DNA from: Promethearchaeota archaeon
GTDB lineage: Archaea; Asgardarchaeota; Thorarchaeia; Thorarchaeales; Thorarchaeaceae
Direction: 5' to 3'
NCBI GenBank assembly: GCA_014728035.1
Contig: WJMJ01000148.1
Span: forward strand, 85,228-149,227
DNA: 64,000 nucleotides
In this document: positions 30,086-38,329 of the stretch, in pieces
Position numbering within the stretch: position 1 is the first letter of the stretch
Layout: each line of letters begins with the position of its first letter
Made by a program: the position numbers and the translations under genes
The notes under the pieces: model-generated
Told to the model about the DNA's origin: nothing
The model's input: the letters and a program-made list of their open reading frames with translations, nothing else
The model's database searches: none

Positions 30086-31480
30086 TTAACCTGTAACTGA
30101 GAATCCATCAATTACCATAGTTGGCAGGAACACACCATTTGTGGTCAATTCAACATCAGACCCAACATGGAGAATGTTCTTAAAGCCCTCATAGAAATTG
30201 CCTGCAACAGATACTGGCTTCAAAGGAGTAACGATTTCACCATCTTCCACGAGAAAGACTGAGTTGGCGACACAGGAAAATTCACCTGTTGCTACAGATG
30301 AGTGAAATATCCCAATAGGACTCTCTGTGATGTATATGGCTTTTCCATCGATTGCTCCAAAGATTTCTTCTTTGCTCTTGGAACCAGGAGAAACTGAAAT
30401 AGTCTTCACACTAACACCAGGAGTTTGCTCATAAGGAGTTGCACCACCAAACAATCCCTGAGACCGTTCACAGTTACCAGTTGACCCGATACCAAATATC
30501 TTGCCATAGTATGTATCAAACAAGTGTGTCTTCAGAACGCCACTTTCGACAATGACATTCTTTTGCTGTGGAAGTCCTTCATGGTCTACCGCACTTGTTC
30601 CCCAACCATCAGGTTTCTGACCATCATCGACCAAAGTGAACTCCTTCGATGCGATTGTATCACCAATCATATCACAAAGTGGAGAAATACCCTCAACAAT
30701 AAAACGACCTGTTGATGCAGTAGCGATACTCGGAATAATATACGAGTCTCCAGCTCTTGGACCCCATATCGTTGGCAACGATTCAGTCATATCCAAGGCT
30801 TTAGCACCATGTTGTTCAGTTGCTCGTTTCACGGCTAACTCGCCAAGACCTTCAATATCGAATAAACGGTCTCTTGCTCCATCAAAGCCAAATCCAGTCT
30901 TTCTCTCTTCACCTTCAATAGACATCACATATCCATAGCCATAGTTGAATCCACCACGTGAAGCTGCAGCAATTCCTCTACTACTGATTATGGCATAACC
31001 ACCCCAGCCAGTATTCGATTGTCCCGAAAATACCTTTACGCGTTCATCGATACCTTGAGCATCCTCAATAATCTGTTGAGTCTTTTCAATCAATTCATCA
31101 ATGCTAACGGACAAAATATCTTTTGAGAACAATCCGTCTTTTCCAGCAGGTTTTGGATCAGCAAATCCGACCCAACGTTCATCCTCTGAGCTGGTCTTCT
31201 CAACAATGCTTTTTGCTTCTTTGATACTGAATTTTACTCGATCTAATGAAATCCCACTCGCAGAGGCAAAGCCAACCTTTTTACCTTTTGAAACTCGTAC
31301 AGCATTTCCTGTTGTAGCTCCATCGTTAGCAGATACAATACCCTGCTGGATTGAAACACTCTGAGTGTTTTGGTAAAACAGGAATATTTCGTATTCCATT
31401 GCAGAATCGAGTGATTCAGCATGTTTTAATGCAGTGTCTCCAATAGCAAGCAATTCATCATTAATTGTTTCATATTTCAT
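30086..31480 (-). CDS. pmbA: PmbA/TldE family protein
   Basis: DHEG..QQKNVIVESGVL, STGNC, TGEFS, GNFYE; coupled to tldD. Confidence 0.88.
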   Translation of the reverse strand: MKYETINDELLAIGDTALKHAESLDSAMEYEIFLFYQNTQSVSIQQGIVSANDGATTGNAVRVSKGKKVGFASASGISLDRVKFSIKEAKSIVEKTSSEDERWVGFADPKPAGKDGLFSKDILSVSIDELIEKTQQIIEDAQGIDERVKVFSGQSNTGWGGYAIISSRGIAAASRGGFNYGYGYVMSIEGEERKTGFGFDGARDRLFDIEGLGELAVKRATEQHGAKALDMTESLPTIWGPRAGDSYIIPSIATASTGRFIVEGISPLCDMIGDTIASKEFTLVDDGQKPDGWGTSAVDHEGLPQQKNVIVESGVLKTHLFDTYYGKIFGIGSTGNCERSQGLFGGATPYEQTPGVSVKTISVSPGSKSKEEIFGAIDGKAIYITESPIGIFHSSVATGEFSCVANSVFLVEDGEIVTPLKPVSVAGNFYEGFKNILHVGSDVELTTNGVFLPTMVIDGFSVTG

Positions 31481-32901
31481 TATGCTTTCCCTCCAAAAGT
31501 TACATCCTTCACAAGTAATTTTGGCCCGCCCAATCCTGTCGGTAATGGAAACTGACCACCTTTACCACAACCACCAAAGTATCCACTTTTTATTACTAGT
31601 CTATCTGTTGCTCCATATACATTGTTAAGCAATTCTAGAATGTTCCCAGATAGGGCAACCTCCCGAAGTGGGTGTTGAATCTCACCATTTTCTACCCAAT
31701 AGCCTCGAATAGCTTTGAACAGAAAACTACCATCTCCTTGCACTTGGCCACCAGTTGTCTGTATTGCATAGACACCTGTTCCAAGTTCTTCAAGCGCTTC
31801 TTCTTCATTAGAAATTTCACCTGGAGCAAAATAGGTGTTCGTCATTCTACATATTGGTGGGTAAATGAATTGAACAGCTCTGGCATTGCCGGACGGTTTC
31901 TGGCCGAGTTTCTGAGCAGTCCCTCGATTATGTAGATAATGTTTCAGAATTCCTTTGTTTAAAATGACTGTGTCACTACCTGCAATTCCTTGATCATCAT
32001 AAGGCATCCAGAGTCCACCATATTTTGTCAAGTCTGGTACTCCATTATCATGAATGGTAGCATGTTCACTACCAATTCGCTCTCCAATCTTACCTGAAAG
32101 AGGAGAACTACCGGTTACAACAAAATCAGCTTCACTGAGGTGTCCGAAAGACTCGTGTGCTAATACACCAACAAGAGATTCTTCGATTAAGGTTGAGAAT
32201 TTGCCAGCAGGACATGCTTTTGCTGTTAATTGTTCCTTAGCTCGGACTGCTGCTTCTTTACCAAATCCTTCTGGTACGTCTCCAGCATATGCTTCTAATC
32301 CAACTGTACCCCCATATCGTTCGGTACCATAGACCATAGCTCCTGAATCGGTCTTTGAAGTTACAGTCACTCTAAGCTCAGTAGTTAGAAAGTCCCAATC
32401 TATCTCAGAATGATCAGAATTGTAGAGCATCTTTTTACCATACAATTCACCATACAATCCTCGGATGTTACGAACACTCTCGCCATGTTCTTGAGCAGTT
32501 TCGACGCAACGATTGACTAGGTCAGTTTTGTGTGCGATATCATATTCATCAGGATGCATCTTTACACTAGGAGTTTCGGTTGACTTGCTTCTAATCGCAT
32601 CACCTTTTTCAAAAGGCAGCTTCAACATAGCAACAGCAGCAGAGGTCTTAGCCATTTTGAATGCCTTTTCTGTTGCCGTCATTATTGCATCTTTATCATC
32701 GCTTGCACTGAACGAGAATCCAGAAACACCCTCAACGTATGCTGTGATGCCAAATCCTTTTCTGGATTTTACAAGTATACTTTTCCATGTGTCATCAGTT
32801 CGTTCAAGAGTACGAAGCGTGAGATTATCAAATCTTGCTTCTACAAAATCTGCTCCGAGTTTCTCTCCGAATGAAACACATTCCTTTAGTTTTTCCATCA
32901 T
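31480..32901 (-). CDS. tldD: TldD family metalloprotease
   Basis: HESFGHLSEAD, YDDQG, RMTNTY, CGKGGQ. Confidence 0.92.
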   Translation of the reverse strand: MMEKLKECVSFGEKLGADFVEARFDNLTLRTLERTDDTWKSILVKSRKGFGITAYVEGVSGFSFSASDDKDAIMTATEKAFKMAKTSAAVAMLKLPFEKGDAIRSKSTETPSVKMHPDEYDIAHKTDLVNRCVETAQEHGESVRNIRGLYGELYGKKMLYNSDHSEIDWDFLTTELRVTVTSKTDSGAMVYGTERYGGTVGLEAYAGDVPEGFGKEAAVRAKEQLTAKACPAGKFSTLIEESLVGVLAHESFGHLSEADFVVTGSSPLSGKIGERIGSEHATIHDNGVPDLTKYGGLWMPYDDQGIAGSDTVILNKGILKHYLHNRGTAQKLGQKPSGNARAVQFIYPPICRMTNTYFAPGEISNEEEALEELGTGVYAIQTTGGQVQGDGSFLFKAIRGYWVENGEIQHPLREVALSGNILELLNNVYGATDRLVIKSGYFGGCGKGGQFPLPTGLGGPKLLVKDVTFGGKA

Positions 32902-33202
32902 ATTTGTTCTCTCTTAGTTCTTCTAACTGAAAGTAATATGGTCAGTCTGTATAATGATTCTGAGACTTAGTGACCATATATCAAATCACTTTTCAAATAT
33001 TTTTTACAATATATGAATAGTTCTTCTAGTTGTTCTGAGTAACGATATCAATGATAAATTAGCAGATATAAGAGCTAGTCACAAAATAGGCTCACATGTT
33101 GTTACTATATGGAGAGAGCAAAATCCAAGATATCTACAAGTTGTTCTTTACTAAACGGATTAATACATTTTGATGAGCCAAATCCAGAAATGCATGATCG
33201 CA

Positions 33203-33763
33203 TTATGGTTCCATCGATTCTCTTTCAGTAGGTGTCTTGAAAAGCTTTTCAACAACTAATCGTGCCATTTTTGCAAAAGCCTCATTGACATTCTTGTCTA
33301 ATCGAACGCTCATCTCAATGTACTCTCCATTGAACTTTTCTGCTACTTCCTTTCCCTCCTCAGTGGAAACAACACGTTCCATCACAAGATCTACCTTGTT
33401 TGCAACTAGGAGTGGTACATAATTATCAAGGTTCTTATCCACTTCAGCTTTCCAGTCAAGAATATCATTCAAACTTTCCCACTGAGTTACGTCAAAAAGG
33501 AACATTACACCTGAAGCGCCATTATAGTAATTTGCACGAACACGTTCTAGAAAATCTTGTGAGCCCATGTCCCATATCTGCAGGTTGACGTAGGTATCCT
33601 TGTCTAATCTAATCTTTTTGAAGGCAAAACCAGTACCAAGAGTTGGAGAGTAATGCTCCCTAAAAGCACCAGTAGAATAACGAACAATCATAGAAGTCTT
33701 CCCTACTGACGCGCTTCCTACGGTTACAATCTTCAATAAATAAGTCGGGCTCATTAATAACAC
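33203..33763 (-). CDS. Rab-like small GTPase with divergent G3/G5 motifs
   Basis: GSASVGKT, PTLG, WDMGSQ, NKVD, MSVR; no prenylation motif. Confidence 0.9.
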   Translation of the reverse strand: MLLMSPTYLLKIVTVGSASVGKTSMIVRYSTGAFREHYSPTLGTGFAFKKIRLDKDTYVNLQIWDMGSQDFLERVRANYYNGASGVMFLFDVTQWESLNDILDWKAEVDKNLDNYVPLLVANKVDLVMERVVSTEEGKEVAEKFNGEYIEMSVRLDKNVNEAFAKMARLVVEKLFKTPTERESMEP

Positions 33764-33824
33764 CTCATTGAGTACAAATGTGTTTGGAATCCTAAATAAC
33801 CATTACTTGGACATCTAATGAATT

Positions 33825-34622
33825 TCATATGATTTGCAATCCTAATTGTCTTCCTAGTACAATAACAGTGAGACAAGCAGCAGGACTAAGGTTAGCGTAT
33901 CCTTCAATAAAGCGATTTAATTGAACCTCGTCTAATCTCTGGATATTCTCAATGCTATAATCATTACCAAGCGAGAAGGATGAACATGCACACAAGCCTG
34001 CGACTGACGTTGGTCCATATGTACTAATTGCTCGTAGTACTAGTCGGTATACTAAACCAATGAGCTCGTGTTTATCACCAGATAATTTTACACAATCGAA
34101 AAACGTCCCATCCTGAAACTTCTTATCTTGCGTCATTAATTCTAACCAAAACGCAAATTCCTCAAAACCAATGAAGTCCTTAGAGGAATATCTTGGAAAG
34201 AGAACTTGATTATAGTTATTAACTAGATGTAAAGAGAATCTTGGCAAATCTTCATTGTCAAGCTTCATGACAAAACGGGCCATTAATTTTGTCCATTCTC
34301 CAAAAACCCAATGAACCGAAGTTGTCTGTGTAGGGTAAATTTTTGAAGCATCTATACAAACTGACCATTGATTATTTTTGCATTGGATATGCTCCAGAAT
34401 CAATTCCAACTCAGGATCCTCAGCCAACTTTGTCATTATATTATCAACAATATCACTGGAATAGACCATTTCAGCAACACGCAAAATAATTTCAAAGGCC
34501 TCCCGAACCATGAGAATACGCCTCGACTCGCCTGAGAGCGCATCTATTGTTTCTTGATCGGATGCATTTTGAAGTAGCTTGATAGAGCCTTTCTTTTCAC
34601 CCAAGTTATCGAGTTTTGCCAA
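33825..34622 (-). CDS. Hypothetical protein; stand-alone paralogue of the C-terminal half of 34738-36345
   Basis: GGTGA RBS and TTG start; shared RRIL, GEWTKL, RYxSxDFxGxEEFxFWLEL motifs. Confidence 0.75.
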   Translation of the reverse strand: MAKLDNLGEKKGSIKLLQNASDQETIDALSGESRRILMVREAFEIILRVAEMVYSSDIVDNIMTKLAEDPELELILEHIQCKNNQWSVCIDASKIYPTQTTSVHWVFGEWTKLMARFVMKLDNEDLPRFSLHLVNNYNQVLFPRYSSKDFIGFEEFAFWLELMTQDKKFQDGTFFDCVKLSGDKHELIGLVYRLVLRAISTYGPTSVAGLCACSSFSLGNDYSIENIQRLDEVQLNRFIEGYANLSPAACLTVIVLGRQLGLQII

Positions 34623-34737
34623 ATAATCACCAGTGTGTTGTTTCTTGTGATACTTCTTTTTAATATCACGGATTTCAAGTAATTACACTAGATTATAACA
34701 GATATCCATATAGAAATGTTACTTGTTGGCATTATGA

Positions 34738-36345
34738 TTAGATTATCTTTCTAGAGCCATTCTTTTTTGACCGTAACACTTCTGGTACTTGGATGCCTCT
34801 CTGTTTCGCTAAGATGAGAATAGAAAGACGAGACGCTGGTCCTAATTTTGAATAATTAATAATGAAAGTTTCAAGAGTCTGCTCGCTATACTGTTCCATC
34901 CATTTTGCAGAGAGGTCATTACCAAAAGCAATGCCAGACGCAGTACAAATATCTTTGATACGTTCTTCTCCATAAATCGATTTTCCCCGTAACAAAAGAA
35001 TGTACGCTAAATCAAGAGCTGTTTTCCGTCCGGAATCCGCAATACTCCCAGCTCTTGTCGTAATTGGTCTATGCCATTTGTCAATTGTAAGGAGCTCTAA
35101 CCAAAAGGAAAATTCTTCCATGCCACGAAAATCAAGACTGGTATATCGATCAAATAGAAATGTGGTAAATGACGAAATTATTCGTTCAATAAAAACCTCA
35201 AGTTTTCTTGAATCAAACGCTTCGATATATTGTGCAACGAGCTTAGTCCACTCACCATACACAAGCATCATCTTGTTAATTGGAAGGTTTATGTAAACAT
35301 CCGGATGAAAATCAATTGTCCATCGCTTAGCAAAATATCTAATCTGGCCTACAACTTCAGGTGAAGCTGTCTTATTTAATACTGATTTTATTGCAGCTCC
35401 AGCTTCAAGATGAGAATAGACTTGTTCGGAAATGCGTAGTAAGACTTCCAATACCTCTTTAGCTAACAAGATTCTACGCATCTCAGGGCCTAGAACAAGA
35501 ATTGCATCTTTATCCATTAGATAGTCCAGAGCTTTGTAAATATCGGTTTCATCGAACTGATCTCTAAGAAGATGGATAATATCACCGACACTTCTACGTC
35601 CGTCAATAAATCCTCGAATTCGTGGTATTATTGGTAGTAGTCGCGGATAATGATTCTTTAGTGCTTTATAATCCTGAGACGATGATCGCTGATACTCGAT
35701 ATATCGACTTCTAACAGAAATATAATCTCCCGGACCAAGCATATTTTTGAAACGAATTGCTCGAAATGCCCATAACTTTGACATTTCTAACAGTAGAGCC
35801 TTTTCTGTCACCCCTCCTTCAATCTTAATACGTTCTATTGTTCGTGTTCCATCAATGAGGTCAGTAACTGCATTTCTATGAGCATCTCCAAGAATGATAC
35901 CTGGCAGAAAGTAAGGAACCCATTTTCCAGGTAGTTCTTGGAAAGCTAATTTTTGCATCACGCGTTCTCCAAATGCTTGCAAATAGATTTCTACAAAAGA
36001 AGAGTCTAGGTCATGAGGTGCTGCAGACGCTAACCATTCAAGTTCAAACTCCGCAAGTAGTGAAGTAAGTATCTGTGGAATCTCAGGTAGTATTGGTCCG
36101 TAACTTATAGCTATTAGATTCGTTTGTACTCCCGTGATGACTGTGAATACCCTAGCTCCGTAATCAATATTGAACTTGGGTACTCTGGTTTCTAATACTT
36201 CTTTAGAAAACATGTCAATCGCTGCAAAGAAACTAGATGCCAACATAGGATCCATTTCCTTTGAACGGGGATCTAACTGCATGAAGAATCGAGGCATTCC
36301 ATTTCGGTCCATAATGAGAATGGCCTCTATATTATGGCGTACCAC
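34738..36345 (-). CDS. Longin-domain protein with two winged-helix repeats (NPRL2-like) and an uncharacterised C-terminal domain
   Basis: AILIMDRNGMPRF...DPMLASSFFAAIDMFSKE longin; VPYF...IDGTRTIERI and IDGRRSVGDI wHTH repeats. Confidence 0.7.
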   Translation of the reverse strand: MVRHNIEAILIMDRNGMPRFFMQLDPRSKEMDPMLASSFFAAIDMFSKEVLETRVPKFNIDYGARVFTVITGVQTNLIAISYGPILPEIPQILTSLLAEFELEWLASAAPHDLDSSFVEIYLQAFGERVMQKLAFQELPGKWVPYFLPGIILGDAHRNAVTDLIDGTRTIERIKIEGGVTEKALLLEMSKLWAFRAIRFKNMLGPGDYISVRSRYIEYQRSSSQDYKALKNHYPRLLPIIPRIRGFIDGRRSVGDIIHLLRDQFDETDIYKALDYLMDKDAILVLGPEMRRILLAKEVLEVLLRISEQVYSHLEAGAAIKSVLNKTASPEVVGQIRYFAKRWTIDFHPDVYINLPINKMMLVYGEWTKLVAQYIEAFDSRKLEVFIERIISSFTTFLFDRYTSLDFRGMEEFSFWLELLTIDKWHRPITTRAGSIADSGRKTALDLAYILLLRGKSIYGEERIKDICTASGIAFGNDLSAKWMEQYSEQTLETFIINYSKLGPASRLSILILAKQRGIQVPEVLRSKKNGSRKII

Positions 36346-36409
36346 TGCAAGGTCCTCACTATCCTCGTGAGTGTTTTATAATATTAGCATTGTTGGGGGA
36401 TAGTAATAA

Positions 36410-36587
36410 GAAAAACAAGCTAGCGGCAGGTACAAAGACCTGCCAGACTAACTAAAAACTTCGGTTTTTCCCATGAATTGTGTGCTGGCGATGCACGAAC
36501 TATGCGTCATAGTTTAATGTTCTTTGTGACGTCTGGAGAACGTCGTCGATGCGTTCGTTCTAGATCTTTGCTAATCACTGCCAGCAA
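36410..36587 (-). ncRNA. Candidate structured small RNA (or short-ORF mRNA)
   Basis: About 46% GC intergenic block with several stems, an upstream TATA-like ATTATAAT (36610-36617) and a terminal hairpin with T-run. Confidence 0.45.
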
Positions 36588-36634
36588 ATAATAGCATATC
36601 ATATATCATATTATAATGTTTTGGCTATGGACAT

Positions 36635-37195
36635 TTATTTCTTGCCAGGTAACTTTGGGTGAACGGGGGGATAAGTAGCATAGAGTGACCTAGCTATCCT
36701 TAGAAAAATGTCTTTAACATTAAAGCCTGTCTTTGCCGAAGTCTCATAGAATGGGAAGCCATGAGAATCAGCATAGTTTCTACCAATTGCGGGAATGACC
36801 TCACGTTGATGAGTCATGTCTGCTTTATTTCCAAGAACAATGCAAGGAAGAGTTCTCCCGTCAACAGTCTTGATACTCTCAGTTAGTCCTTCTAGCCAAT
36901 AAGGAATATTCTCAAATGATTCCATAGAGGTTATATCATACACAAGTATAGCGTAATGAGCACCTTTGTAATACTTCGTTCTGAGCTCGTCAAAAGATGC
37001 TTGACCACCTAAATCAATCACTGTGAGGATAACTGGAGTAAACGTATCAATATTCAAGGCAATAGCACTAAGGTCTACTCCAACCGTAGCAGTATAATCT
37101 TCATCAAATTCACCTAACAATAATTGACGAATTAACGAGCTCTTACCTACTGAAGCATCTCCAACAAGCAATACTTTGTATGCTGCAACCGCCAA
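36635..37195 (-). CDS. Rab-like small GTPase
   Basis: GDASVGKS, ATVGVD, DLGGQ, YYKGA, NKAD, ETSAK; probable TTG start at 37195 after a GGAG RBS. Confidence 0.92.
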   Translation of the reverse strand: MAVAAYKVLLVGDASVGKSSLIRQLLLGEFDEDYTATVGVDLSAIALNIDTFTPVILTVIDLGGQASFDELRTKYYKGAHYAILVYDITSMESFENIPYWLEGLTESIKTVDGRTLPCIVLGNKADMTHQREVIPAIGRNYADSHGFPFYETSAKTGFNVKDIFLRIARSLYATYPPVHPKLPGKK

Positions 37196-37369
37196 CGTGG
37201 TATCTCCTTGAGTATATCTAACTCTTATCGATAAATCCTTTACAAATGTGAATAATACAACACGTACAAATAAGGTCATTTCGTCTTCTTCTAAAAGATA
37301 TTAGCTCCATTCTTCTATAATGAACCGTGAGAAGGAAAAGACTATCTAGCTAAAACCGAGTTAGTAATT

Positions 37370-38260
37370 GTGATTATAGTGCTCAATTATGAGGGAAGTA
37401 TCTGGAGACCTCCCAGTGAAGCAAGAAGTCTTATTCTTCAAGCCACAGTGGGATGTTCCCATAATGCTTGTACATTTTGTATTTCTTACAAAAAGAAGAA
37501 ATACCGAGTTAGAGGTGTTGAGGGTATCAAAGAAGATCTCTCCAAAATACCAAATAGCTATCTTCATAGAGTACGTAGAGTTTTTCTTGCAGATGGCAAT
37601 GCTTTAGCTGTAGATGTAGACGAGATGCAATTAATTCTTGCAGAGTTAAATAAATCAATCCCGAATCTTGAACGAGTTGGAACCTATGCATATGCAAAAG
37701 ATGTTGATGGAAAAACTGTTGAAGATCTAAAAGACTTGAAAAAAGCAGGTCTTGGAATTGTATACTTAGGTCTCGAAACTGGTGATGACCAGCTACTTGA
37801 ATGGGTGAGAAAAGGATTAGATTCTAAGAAAAATATTGATTCATGTCTTATGGTTAGAAAAGCTGGTATTCCTCTATCCCTAACCATCATTCTGGGTCTA
37901 GGAGGACTTGAACTTTCTGAACGACATGCAAAAGCTACAGCCGAAGTTCTAAACAAGATTGACCCTGAATATGTAGGAGCACTTACACTCATGATTCCGG
38001 AAGGAACTCCTCTCCATTCAATTACGCAACGTGGAGAGTTCAAACCAATGTCCCCTAGTCAGATTCTTTCAGAAATGAAAATTCTCGTTCAACACCTTAA
38101 TCTCACCGAGTGCATCTTTAGAACAAATCATGCTTCAAATTACCTTCCTGTGAGAGGAACACTAAATCGAGATAAACAATTGATTCTGGATCAAATCACA
38201 GCAGCTCTAAATCAAGGTGAATCAGCACATCTAAGAACTGAATACATGAGAGGCTTGTAG
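37370..38260 (+). CDS. Radical SAM protein
   Basis: RPPSEARS, CSHNACTFC, FLADGNAL, GLETG, NHASNY. Confidence 0.9.
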   Translation: MIIVLNYEGSIWRPPSEARSLILQATVGCSHNACTFCISYKKKKYRVRGVEGIKEDLSKIPNSYLHRVRRVFLADGNALAVDVDEMQLILAELNKSIPNLERVGTYAYAKDVDGKTVEDLKDLKKAGLGIVYLGLETGDDQLLEWVRKGLDSKKNIDSCLMVRKAGIPLSLTIILGLGGLELSERHAKATAEVLNKIDPEYVGALTLMIPEGTPLHSITQRGEFKPMSPSQILSEMKILVQHLNLTECIFRTNHASNYLPVRGTLNRDKQLILDQITAALNQGESAHLRTEYMRGL

Positions 38261-38329
38261 ATAAATAACAACAAAAGCCATATCAATCATGGTGCTTATA
38301 ATAGGGATAAACTTACGGAAGGGAAATCC

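Noticed and set aside
36410-36590. tRNA, SRP RNA, RNase P RNA or C/D box RNA identity for the structured element
   Set aside because: No cloverleaf or T-loop, too short for SRP or RNase P and lacking their motifs, and no D box pairing with the C-box-like GTGATTA
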